Below the pieces are notes generated by a model. That model was not told where the DNA came from, did no database searches, and was given only the letters and a program-made list of their open reading frames with translations. Positions 32,046 through 40,426 of a DNA stretch of 41,112 nt are shown here, piece after piece. The translations under genes were made by a program, and so were the position numbers. The DNA lies in assembly GCA_043759015.1 (NCBI GenBank), contig JAYVMH010000257.1, positions 1 to 41,112 on the forward strand. Direction: 5' to 3'. This stretch comes from Actinomycetota bacterium (GTDB taxonomy: Bacteria > Actinomycetota > Acidimicrobiia > Acidimicrobiales > Ilumatobacteraceae). How positions within the stretch are numbered: position 1 is the first letter of the stretch; each line of letters begins with the position of its first letter.

Positions 32046-33110
32046 TCATGACCCGATCCTCCGGCCCCGGTCGTCGCCCAACAGGTCGGCGACGCGATCG
32101 GAAGCGATCGTGCGGGTGAGGAGGCGGTGATCGGCCGGTAGGCGGCCCAGGTGGACCATCACGCGCAGGTGCCGGTGCATGAGCGCGGCGACCCGGGTGG
32201 CGGAGAACAGCGTGAACCACGCCAGGTGCCCGAGGGTTCGGCCCGTGCGGGCCTCGTAGTAGTCGATCGCGCTGTCGTCGCTGAGGAACCCGGGGAGTGG
32301 AGCGACGCCGGAGCCCTGCATGCGCATGCGGTTCATCTCGGCGAGCCACGTCAGCTCGAGCTCCGGCGGCCCGATCGTGGCGAACTCCCAGTCGAGGAGC
32401 GCGATCGGGCGGAACCCTTCGTTGTCCACGATCACGTTCGCGGGCCGGGCGTCCCCCCAGAGCAACAGGTCCTCGCCGGGCTCCGGTACGCCCTCGGCGA
32501 GCGCGGCAAACGCGTGGTCGACCGTGTCCGACCACCGGTCGCCCGGGTCGAATCGCCACGTCGCCTGCAGGTCGTCGAGCGCGGCCTGCACGGTGGAGTC
32601 GCCGCTGTCGCGGGCCGGAGCGAACGCGCGGGTGTCGGTCTGGTGCACCCTGACGATCGCGTCCAGGAGGCCGGTGTGGAACGTTCGCTGATCGGCGGGG
32701 TCGGCGTCGTGGAGGAAGCCCGCCTCCGCGAACGACGGGCGGTCGTCCACGGGCACGCGGCCAGGGACGAACGACATCACGAACGCGGGCCGCCCGAGGC
32801 GCGCGCCGCCCGTGTCGTCAGCCAGTACGGCAGGCACCGCGACGTGGCCGGAGCTCGCCACCCGTCGCATGACCTCGATCTGATGCGCCAAGTCGTAGAA
32901 CGGGAACATCGCGGGCCCCGACGGCGCGAGTCGCACGACGACCCGATCGACCGGGGCGCCTCGGACATCGACGAACAGCGTGTCGTTCGACCAGCCGCCG
33001 CCCGACGGCCGGGAGATGGCGAGCGTGTCGGTGGCGATGTCGCGGCCGAGCGCGTCGGTCAGCCACGCGGCCAGCGCGCGCCGGTCGACGGGGATGTCAG
33101 CGCCCGCCAC
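32046..33110 (-). CDS. phosphotransferase (APH/choline-kinase-like) family protein
   Basis: 354 aa containing RPSGGGWSNDTLFVDV and the Brenner/catalytic region LLLWGDARPANVIVDNEGFRPIALLDWEFATIG. It uses a GTG start at 33110. Confidence 0.9.
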   Translation of the reverse strand: MAGADIPVDRRALAAWLTDALGRDIATDTLAISRPSGGGWSNDTLFVDVRGAPVDRVVVRLAPSGPAMFPFYDLAHQIEVMRRVASSGHVAVPAVLADDTGGARLGRPAFVMSFVPGRVPVDDRPSFAEAGFLHDADPADQRTFHTGLLDAIVRVHQTDTRAFAPARDSGDSTVQAALDDLQATWRFDPGDRWSDTVDHAFAALAEGVPEPGEDLLLWGDARPANVIVDNEGFRPIALLDWEFATIGPPELELTWLAEMNRMRMQGSGVAPLPGFLSDDSAIDYYEARTGRTLGHLAWFTLFSATRVAALMHRHLRVMVHLGRLPADHRLLTRTIASDRVADLLGDDRGRRIGS

Positions 33111-33111
33111 G

Positions 33112-33504
33112 TCAGAACGTCTGTGACGGCTGCCAGTGGCCGCCGGTCTCGCGGCTGTTCCAGATCTCCACGATCTTGCCGTTGACGACGCACAACACCT
33201 CTATGCCGCAGTACTCGTACGAGCGGCCGTCACGTTGGGTGCTGCGGCCGTTCCAGTTCACGGTGACCATCGTTGCGTCGTCGTGCAGCACCACCGTGTC
33301 GAACTGGCGCTCAGGGCAGAGGTCGAGGGTGTCCTGGAGCCGCTCGACCGACTCCGACATCGTGAGGGCCTTGACCTCGCCCGCCTTGTGTCGCCACGTC
33401 GGGTCGGCGATCAGTTCCGGGATGAGGTCGAGACGGCGCTGGTTGTAGAGCACGTCCAGATACGCAACGACGACGCTGCGGGCATCGGGGACTGATCCGG
33501 TCAC
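33112..33504 (-). CDS. SnoaL-like / NTF2-fold protein
   Basis: A GTG start at 33504 follows AAGGCGAGG. It encodes ARSVVVAYLDVLYNQRRLDLIPELIADPTW...YCGIEVLCVVNGKIVEIWNS. Its stop is 1 nt from the phosphotransferase start. Confidence 0.8.
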   Translation of the reverse strand: MTGSVPDARSVVVAYLDVLYNQRRLDLIPELIADPTWRHKAGEVKALTMSESVERLQDTLDLCPERQFDTVVLHDDATMVTVNWNGRSTQRDGRSYEYCGIEVLCVVNGKIVEIWNSRETGGHWQPSQTF

Positions 33505-33879
33505 GGGGACCTCGCCTTCGGCTCGGACGGTCGGGTCATCCGATCGAACGTACGAGGGCGCCAATCGAAACAGTCCCGATGCTCGCAGTCTGTCGCATGC
33601 GCCCCCGAGATCCAAGGCGGCGTTCGAGCCCCGACATCCCACCGGCGTGGCAGTCCGAGGGAGCACGGACCCCCTGGTGGTACAGTGCGTGGGCGCGCGC
33701 TGTGCGGGCGGTGTCAGCCGATCGCAGCGGTGCATGCAACTCGTGCGTTACGAACCTCGGTAGCGCGATCGTCGATCGCCCACCTCAGGGAGTCCGCCCA
33801 TGGAGACCGTCGCTACACCGCTGCCTCCGTGGGCGTTGCCTCGGATCGAGCGCGGGCGCACGACGCTGGGTGAGGTCTG

Positions 33880-36456
33880 ATGGTCAGCGGGGTCGAGTCG
33901 TTTCGCGCTCGTGTCGGCACGGGCCTGGGTGCGGCCGAAGTCGCTCGACGTCATGCGGTCGACGGTCCGAACGAGCTGCCGACGGCGAAGCAGCGCAACG
34001 TCGTACGGCTGGCGTGGGATGTCGTGCGCGAGCCGATGCTGCTGTTGTTGCTGGGCGCGGGGACCGTGAACTTCCTGTTGTCCGAACCGCTCGATGGCGC
34101 CGTGATGCTGTCGTTCGTGCTGCTGGTGATCGCGATTTCGATCTATCAGGAGCACAAGACCGAGAACGCGCTCGTCGCGCTGCGCGATCTGTCGTCACCA
34201 CGCGCGCTGGTCGTGCGTGATGGGGAACGAGTGAGGATCGCCGGTCGTGACGTCGTGGTCGGTGATGTCGTCGTGCTGGGCGAGGGTGATCGGGTGCCGG
34301 CAGACGCGACGCTCCTGGAGTGCATGAACTTTTCGGTCGACGAGTCCGCACTGACCGGTGAGTCGGTGCCCGTGCGCAAGTCGACCGTCGCTCACACGGG
34401 CTCGGCGGAGCCGGGCCGGCCGGGTGGTGATGGCACCCCGTGGGTGTTCTCGGGCACGTTGGTGGTGAAGGGTCGCGGGGTCTGTGTGGTGACCGCGACC
34501 GGCGGGCGCACGGAGCTGGGTCGGATCGGGACGGCGCTGCGCACGATCGAACCTGGTCGTACGCCGTTGCAGGCCGAGGTCCGCCGGATGGTGCGGGCGA
34601 TCGCGATCGTGAGCGCGGTCGCCGCTGCTTTGGTCGTCGTCGTGTTCGGCCTGACGAGGGGCCGGTGGCTGGAAGGGTTCCTGGCCGGGATCGCCACGGC
34701 GATGTCGATGCTGCCGGAGGAGTTCCCGGTCGTGATGACGGTGTTCCTGGCGTTGGGTGCATGGCGGATGTCGCAACGGCACGTGCTCACCCGACGTTCG
34801 CCGGTCATCGAGACGCTCGGTTCGGCCACCGTGGTCTGCGTCGACAAGACCGGGACGTTGACCATGAACCAGATGACGGTCCGCGAGCTCGTCGTGGACG
34901 GCACCGTCCACGTGCTCGACGACCAGCCGCTACCCGACGCGTTCCACTCCCTCGCCGAGTTCGCGGCGTTGGCCTCGCCCGTCGATCCGTTCGATCCGAT
35001 GGACCGGGCGTTCAGGACCTTGGCTGTGGCGCGCCTCGCCGACACCGAGCACGTGCACACAGACTGGGAGCTGGTGCGCGAGTACCCGCTGTCTGACCAG
35101 TTGTTGGCGTTGTCGCATGTTTGGCGCTCACCGGACCTCCGCGACTTCGTCGTCGCCGCGAAAGGGGCGCCGGAAGCGATCGCGGACTTGTGCCACCTCG
35201 ACGTCGCCGGACGGACCCGGTTGCTCGATCAGGTCGAGACCGCGACCTCGCGGGGGTTGCGGGTCCTGGCGGTCGCGCGGGCAGGGTTCGACGAGACATC
35301 GCGCCTGCCGCACGAGCAGCACGACTTCCCGTTCGAGTGCCTCGGGCTGATCGGGCTGCACGATCCCGTCCGGCCAGGAGTGGCCGATGCGGTTGCCGAG
35401 TGCGGGCGAGCGGGCGTGCGGGTGATGATGATCACCGGCGACTACCCCGGTACCGCGTTGGCCATCGCCCGGCAGATCGGCCTCGAACATGCCGACGTCT
35501 GCATCACCGGACCCGAGCTTGCCGCGATGAGCGAGGGCGAACTCGCCGAGCGAACCCGGAACGTCAGCGTCTACGCACGGATGGTGCCCGAACAGAAGCT
35601 GCAGCTGATCCGCGCGTTGAAGGCCAACGGCGAGGTCGTGGCCATGACCGGCGACGGGGTGAACGACGCCCCGGCGTTGCGCGCCGCCGACATCGGGATC
35701 GCCATGGGTCAACGTGGCACCGACGTCGCCCGCGAGTCAGCCGCGCTCGTCATCACCGATGACGACTTCGCGTCGATCGCCGGAGGCATCCGCCAGGGTC
35801 GGGGGATCTTCGACAACCTGCGCAAGGCGATGTCGTACATCATCGCCGTTCACGTCCCGATATTCGGAATGTCGCTGATCCCGGTCTTCGCGGCGCACTG
35901 GCCGCTGGTGCTGCTCCCGGTGCAGGTCGCGTTCCTCCAGTTGATCATCGACCCGGCCTGCTCGATCGTCTACGAGGCCGACGAGATCGACCCGAACATC
36001 ATGGAGCGCCCACCACGCCGGCCCGGCGAGGCCATGTTCGGCACGCGAGTCCTGACGATCGCCGCCTGTCAGGGCCTGTCGGCGCTGCTCGCCGTGCTCG
36101 GGGTGTACCTGTGGACGGTGCTCGGCGACCGGCCCGACGTCGAGGTCCGCTCGGTCACCTTCGCCGCCCTGGTGATCGGCAACGTCGCCTTGATCCTCGT
36201 CAACCGATCGTGGCGACTCTCGGTCTGGCAGACGTTCCGTGAGCGCAGGAACCCCACCCTGAAGTGGATCCTTTCCCTCGCGACCGTGCTGCTCGTCGTG
36301 CTCCTCACCGTGCCGTGGCTGCGCAACGCGTTCCACTTCGGTCCGCTCCGCGCACTCGACTGGCTCTTCGTCACCGCCGCTGGATGCTTGGGCGTGGCGT
36401 GGTTCGAGATCTACAAGGCCGTCGTTCGGCGCCGCCTCGTGTCGACGTCGGGGTGA
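33880..36456 (+). CDS. P2-type cation-transporting P-type ATPase (Ca2+/Mn2+-type architecture)
   Basis: 858 aa. The Cation_ATPase_N part is GLGAAEVARRHAVDGPNELP. Other motifs are TGES, PEEFP, VCVDKTGTLTMNQMTV, MITGDYPGTA and MTGDGVNDAPALRAADIGIAMG, plus a C-terminal TM bundle. Confidence 0.95.
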   Translation: MVSGVESFRARVGTGLGAAEVARRHAVDGPNELPTAKQRNVVRLAWDVVREPMLLLLLGAGTVNFLLSEPLDGAVMLSFVLLVIAISIYQEHKTENALVALRDLSSPRALVVRDGERVRIAGRDVVVGDVVVLGEGDRVPADATLLECMNFSVDESALTGESVPVRKSTVAHTGSAEPGRPGGDGTPWVFSGTLVVKGRGVCVVTATGGRTELGRIGTALRTIEPGRTPLQAEVRRMVRAIAIVSAVAAALVVVVFGLTRGRWLEGFLAGIATAMSMLPEEFPVVMTVFLALGAWRMSQRHVLTRRSPVIETLGSATVVCVDKTGTLTMNQMTVRELVVDGTVHVLDDQPLPDAFHSLAEFAALASPVDPFDPMDRAFRTLAVARLADTEHVHTDWELVREYPLSDQLLALSHVWRSPDLRDFVVAAKGAPEAIADLCHLDVAGRTRLLDQVETATSRGLRVLAVARAGFDETSRLPHEQHDFPFECLGLIGLHDPVRPGVADAVAECGRAGVRVMMITGDYPGTALAIARQIGLEHADVCITGPELAAMSEGELAERTRNVSVYARMVPEQKLQLIRALKANGEVVAMTGDGVNDAPALRAADIGIAMGQRGTDVARESAALVITDDDFASIAGGIRQGRGIFDNLRKAMSYIIAVHVPIFGMSLIPVFAAHWPLVLLPVQVAFLQLIIDPACSIVYEADEIDPNIMERPPRRPGEAMFGTRVLTIAACQGLSALLAVLGVYLWTVLGDRPDVEVRSVTFAALVIGNVALILVNRSWRLSVWQTFRERRNPTLKWILSLATVLLVVLLTVPWLRNAFHFGPLRALDWLFVTAAGCLGVAWFEIYKAVVRRRLVSTSG

Positions 36457-36462
36457 CTGTGA

Positions 36463-36915
36463 CCAGTACTTGGCGGTGGCGCCGCCGTCGATGGTCAGGT
36501 TGCTCCCGGTCATGAGCGCGGCATCGTCGGAGGCGAGGAACACGAGGGGGCGGACGTAGTCGCCGGGTGTCGGCAGGCGTTCCCATGGGTTCTGCCCGGC
36601 GAAGTCCATGAGGCCCGCGTCACGCATCTTCTCGGCCGCGCCGGTGAACGCGGCGGCGAGCGTGGGGTCGTCGGGCATGGTGGCCGTCGGGGTGATTCCG
36701 GTGACGCGGATGCCGTGGGGTGCGAGCTCCATGGCGACCGACCGGGTGAAGTTGAGGAGGGCGGACTTGGCGGAGCAGTAGCCGACGTTGCCGGCTTGGC
36801 CCTGCCATGCTGCGGTCGAGAGCACGTTGATGATCGAACCGCGCACCCCGTGTTCGATCATGGAGGTGGCCACGAGCTTGGTCACGATGAACGCGCCACC
36901 GAGGACGATGTCGAC
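36463..36915 (-). pseudogene. short-chain dehydrogenase/reductase fragment (C-terminal ~150 residues only)
   Basis: VDIVLGGAFIVTKLVATSMIEHGVRGSIINVLSTAA...YCSAKSALLNFTRSVAMELAPHGIRVTGITP...GSNLTIDGGATAKYW. The TGxxxGxG Rossmann N-terminus is absent. The reading frame then runs on without a stop, antisense into the ATPase gene. Confidence 0.7.
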
Positions 36916-36917
36916 TA

Positions 36918-37150
36918 GAGGGGGCTTCGTCGGCGATGCTCGACAGCTACGAGGTCGAGCGCAAGCCGCACGTGCGTGCCACCAGCGAGACCGAGAAGTT
37001 CCTCGGGCAGGTCATCTGCGAGCTCGACGTCGGGCGGGCTCGAGCACGCGACGAGCGCCTTCGGGCCGAGTTGGGTGATCGACCGGCCGCCCGTCTCCGT
37101 CAGAACCTGATCCCGGGCCTCACCGGTGGACGATGTGACCGCCACGCTCG
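36918..37150 (+). pseudogene. C-terminal fragment of an MhpA-like FAD-dependent aromatic hydroxylase
   Basis: GASSAMLDSYEVERKPHVRATSETEKFLGQVICELDVGRARARDERLRAELGD...LIPGLTGG matches the conserved LLD(T/S)YExER(R/K)PH tail region of this family. There is no upstream FAD-binding part. It abuts the SDR fragment within about 3 nt. Confidence 0.6.
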
Positions 37151-37272
37151 AGGCGGCCCGACGCTTGTTCTTGGATGCCTCCGACTCCGTTGGACGAGGA
37201 ATCCCGCGTCGGGCCGACACCGGTCGCCTCGACCTCGGATGAACCTGGATCAGCGGCCAGTGGGCCGGTCCA

Positions 37273-38613
37273 GTGGCGGCGCGACGCTCCAGGCGATTCA
37301 CGGCCGGGTCGGCATGTCAGACTCGGCCGGTGCCATCGCCAACCCGTCCGGTACCGATCCGGCACCACCGCCGTCGAGGCTCGCTGCGGGGCCACGGCTA
37401 CTTCAAGCGGCTCGGCCCCGGCATCGTCACCGGTGCCGCCGACGACGACCCGTCCGGCATCGGTACGTACTCCCAGGTCGGCGCCGCCCAAGGCCTCTCG
37501 CTGCTGTGGATGGCCCCGTTCCTGCTCCCGCTCGCCGTCGGCGTTCAAGAAGCCACCGCCCGCCTCGGACTCGTCACCGGCAAGGGGCTCGGCACGCTGA
37601 TGCGCGAGCGGTTCCACCGCTCGGTCCTCATCGGTGCCGTCGTGCTGCTCGTGTCGGCCAACACCCTCAACATCGCCGCCGACCTCGCCTCCATGGGCGC
37701 CGCCCTTCACCTCCTCGTACCGGTTCCCGCCGGGATCGGTGTCGTGCTCTTCGCCGTGCTCATGGCCGTGGCCGAAGTGCTCGTGCCCTACCACCGCTAC
37801 TCGCGCATCCTGCGCTGGTTCGCCCTCTCGCTCGTCGCCTACGTGGCCGTCCTCGCCGTCGTCCACGTCAACTGGGGCACCGTGGCCGCCCGCACGTTCC
37901 TCCCGCGCTTCCACTTCGACGCCGCCAACATGATCGCCCTCACCGCCATCGCCGGCACCACCGTGTCGCCCTACCTGTTCTTCTGGCAAGCCTCCGAAGA
38001 GGTCGAAGAACGCGACGACGGCCCCGAAGACCCCGTCGACCGGCCCCACCTCGTGGCCATGAGGGTCGACGTGTGGACCGGCATGCTCTCGGGGGTCGTC
38101 ACCATGTTCGCCATCATGTGCACCGCCGCCGTCACCATCGGTGCCTCGGGGGCGGTGAACATCGGAACCGCCGAGCAAGCCGCCCAAGCCCTCGAGCCCC
38201 TCGCCGGCAGCTTCGCCAAGCTCCTGTTCTCCGTCGGGATCGTCGGCCTCGGACTTCTCGCCGTACCCGTCCTCGCCGGCTCCAGCGCCTATGCCGTCGC
38301 CGAAGCGCTCCACTGGCACGAAGGCCTCAGCCGCAAGCTTCGCGACGCTCCCGGCTTCTACGCCATCATCGTCGCGTCGATGGTCATCGGCCTCGCCCTC
38401 GTCGGCATCGGCGTCAACCCCATCCGCGCCCTCTACCTCTCCGCCGTGTTCAACGGCATCACCGCGCCACCACTCATCCTGCTCATCATCATCCTTGCCC
38501 GCTCCGAACACGTGCTCGGCGAGTTCCGATCAGGTTGGGCTTCCGTGCTCGCCACGACCGTCGCCGGCCTCGCCATGACTGCATTCCCGGTCGCCGCGCT
38601 CCTCAAGTCGTAG
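37273..38613 (+). CDS. NRAMP-family divalent metal cation transporter
   Basis: GYFKRLGPGIVTGAADDDPSGIGTYSQVGAAQGLSLLWM plus about 11 TM segments. The start is uncertain: GTG 37273 or GTG 37330. Confidence 0.9.
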   Translation: MAARRSRRFTAGSACQTRPVPSPTRPVPIRHHRRRGSLRGHGYFKRLGPGIVTGAADDDPSGIGTYSQVGAAQGLSLLWMAPFLLPLAVGVQEATARLGLVTGKGLGTLMRERFHRSVLIGAVVLLVSANTLNIAADLASMGAALHLLVPVPAGIGVVLFAVLMAVAEVLVPYHRYSRILRWFALSLVAYVAVLAVVHVNWGTVAARTFLPRFHFDAANMIALTAIAGTTVSPYLFFWQASEEVEERDDGPEDPVDRPHLVAMRVDVWTGMLSGVVTMFAIMCTAAVTIGASGAVNIGTAEQAAQALEPLAGSFAKLLFSVGIVGLGLLAVPVLAGSSAYAVAEALHWHEGLSRKLRDAPGFYAIIVASMVIGLALVGIGVNPIRALYLSAVFNGITAPPLILLIIILARSEHVLGEFRSGWASVLATTVAGLAMTAFPVAALLKS

Positions 38614-38673
38614 CCGGCCCGCTCCGTCGTGCTCGGTCCGGCGCGCTGGATCGGGTCGAAGCTCGCGGCGTAC

Positions 38674-38710
38674 GGCACCGGAGTCAGGTCGCCCTCTGCA
38701 CTCCGGTGCC
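38674..38710. terminator. perfect 11-bp-stem hairpin downstream of the NRAMP gene
   Basis: ggcaccggagt-(15 nt)-actccggtgcc lies 61 nt after the stop at 38613. Confidence 0.5.
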
Positions 38711-38840
38711 GGCCATCCGCCGCTCTGGAACCATCATCAGCGCGATGGCAAGAGTGCCTGTACCTGGCGCTGGCGTAGGAGCGGCGGGGTTTGCCGACGC
38801 GAGTGGATGGGCACCACGCCCCTGTCGAGGGAGTGTGCAC

Positions 38841-39704
38841 ATGTCGAGAGCTCATTCGTTGCCGCACAACCCGGTCGGTCGTGTCACTGGTGACCATCCA
38901 GGGCTCGTGAAGGTCGGTCGTGCCGGCTGGTTCGCGAAAGGCATCGTCTACGTGGGCGCGGGGGTGCTGGCGTTGCTGGTCGCGGCCAAGGCGACGGGTT
39001 GGTCGCGGGCGACCTCGGGTGGTGGGCAGGAGGCGAGTCCGACCGGAGCGTTGAAGACGATCGCCCAGATCTCGGGTGGGAAGCTGCTGATGTGGGTGCT
39101 GGCCGCGGGGATGCTGCTCTACGCGGGCTGGCGGCTGGTCTCGGCGTTGCTCCCCGGTGGCTCGGACGTCAAGGCGTGGGTGACCCGCGTCGGTTACCTG
39201 GTGAGCGCGGTCATCTACGTCACGTTCGCGTTGACCGCGCTCTCGCTTGCCCGGGCCGCGTCGACCCGTCCTGACGGCAATGCAAAGGTGAGCTCGCTGT
39301 CGAGTCGGATCATGGCTCATGGTGGCGGCCGTCTCCTGATCGGCGTGGTGGGAGCGATCGCCATCGGCGCCGGTCTCTACCGGATCGTCAAAGGAGCACG
39401 CGAAGACGTCACCGACGAACTCGATCTGACCGGCTGGTCCGCGCCGCGGCGGGCCTGGACGAGGCGGATCGGTGCGGTCGGGGAGTTCGGGCGGGGCGTG
39501 GGCATCGGGCTCATCGGCTTCTTCCTCGTCCGCGCCGCGATCACCTATGACGCCAGCCAAGCCACCGGGCTGGACGGTGCCCTGCGCCGCCTGGCCGCTG
39601 AGCGTTGGGGTCTCGCCGTGGTGGTCGTGGTCGGTGCCGGCTTCGCCGCCTACGGCGTGTTCTGCCTCGTCACGTTCACCCACCGCGAGCTGCAGGCCCC
39701 GTGA
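38841..39704 (+). CDS. DUF1206-domain membrane protein
   Basis: ATG 38841 follows GAGGGAG. The protein has three repeats of the paired-TM DUF1206 unit (GRAGWFAKGIVYVGAGVLALLVA; VTRVGYLVSAVIYVTFALTAL; IGAVGEFGRGVGIGLIGFFLVRAA). It forms the in-frame 3' third of a spurious 922-aa ORF. Confidence 0.88.
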   Translation: MSRAHSLPHNPVGRVTGDHPGLVKVGRAGWFAKGIVYVGAGVLALLVAAKATGWSRATSGGGQEASPTGALKTIAQISGGKLLMWVLAAGMLLYAGWRLVSALLPGGSDVKAWVTRVGYLVSAVIYVTFALTALSLARAASTRPDGNAKVSSLSSRIMAHGGGRLLIGVVGAIAIGAGLYRIVKGAREDVTDELDLTGWSAPRRAWTRRIGAVGEFGRGVGIGLIGFFLVRAAITYDASQATGLDGALRRLAAERWGLAVVVVVGAGFAAYGVFCLVTFTHRELQAP

Positions 39705-39709
39705 CCGCT

Positions 39710-39930
39710 CCGTCGCGATGGGGGTCATGGGGTCGTCGGCCTTGTGCTCGAGATGGTCCAGACTCACCAGGGGCTCGCACTCTCGGATGACGCCGCCGCC
39801 CGAGCTCGAAGCTCTCGTCGTCGCTGTAGATGCGCCGGTCGATCTCGCCACGCTCCAGCGACCGGCCCTCGACGACCTCGCGGCCGTGGGGGCCCCTCGC
39901 TCCCGGGTTGGTGGCGCAGACGGTCGCCAC
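39710..39930 (-). pseudogene. possible N-terminal fragment of a ring-hydroxylating (Rieske-type) oxygenase alpha subunit, frameshifted and truncated
   Basis: A segment with very high GC3 encodes (V)ATVCATNPGARGPHGREVVEGRSLERGEIDRRIYSDDESFELGRRR. After a 1-nt shift near 39786-39803 it continues VIRECEPLVSLDHLEHKADDPMTPIATE. This resembles the xxRRIYxDxExFExE...IF N-terminus of such oxygenases. It runs into the DUF1206 3' end. The assignment is weak and from memory only. Confidence 0.3.
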
Positions 39931-40426
39931 GCTCGAGGTGATGATCGCCTGGTGGGAGCGACGCGGCCGCTGTGACAGGGGATCCGCTCCGTTCGCTGCG
40001 TGGCGGGCCGAGATCGACGTTGTCACCGACTGGCTCGTTCGGTGTCGGCCACGGGGTGCGGCGTTGGAGCTGCCGGCACCGGCAACAGACGGCGGAGCGC
40101 ACGCCGCACTGCTCCTGACGGCGCTCACCGGCTTGCGTCGCCTGGACCTTCGGCTCCGAGACATGTCGGCTCAGCGACGCCAGAGCGCTCCAGGCGTGGA
40201 CCCTCCAGTGCCTCGCCGATCTCCGCCCGACCCCGCCCGACCCCGATCTGATGACCTCGAGAGCGGCACTGGGGTGAGCACCGAGCGGCTCGTTCGGCGC
40301 TGTTGACGACCCAGCGGTACCGCTCTCGCGGTCGATGTCGGTCCCTTGCCCGGCGCCCGAGGGACCGGACGCTCGATCCACCGCGCCGTTGCGCCGGTCC
40401 TCCACCAAATGTGGCAGTGCTGCTAT

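Noticed and set aside
35737-36885. A 382-aa minus-strand ORF considered as an intact SDR.
   Set aside because: SDR-like sequence covers only residues encoded by about 36463-36915. The remaining ~240 residues are antisense to the P-type ATPase, and the Rossmann N-terminus is missing. It is called as a fragment instead.
37151-37272. An IdeR/MntR/DtxR-type AT-rich palindrome upstream of the NRAMP gene.
   Set aside because: No AT-rich dyad is present. The only feature is a CCAGTGG direct repeat (near 37254-37276), which has no known significance. No regulatory call was made.
36936-39704. A 922-aa plus-strand ORF that looks like one giant gene.
   Set aside because: It is a composite. Its first ~70 residues are the MhpA-like fragment, the middle is an out-of-frame read across the NRAMP gene (Arg/Pro-rich), and only the last 287 residues (from ATG 38841) are the real DUF1206 protein.
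40223-40242. The tandem repeat ccgcccgacc x2, considered as a possible CRISPR, VNTR or mobile-element end.
   Set aside because: There are only 2.5 copies of 10 bp, with no spacer architecture and no flanking inverted repeats. It is noted only as low-complexity sequence in an unassigned region.
39830-40306. A 158-aa plus-strand ORF in the unassigned region 39931-40426.
   Set aside because: Its GC3 is only about 70%, against about 90% in real genes here. It has no recognisable motifs and overlaps the higher-GC3 Rieske-like fragment on the other strand. It is not reported as a gene.
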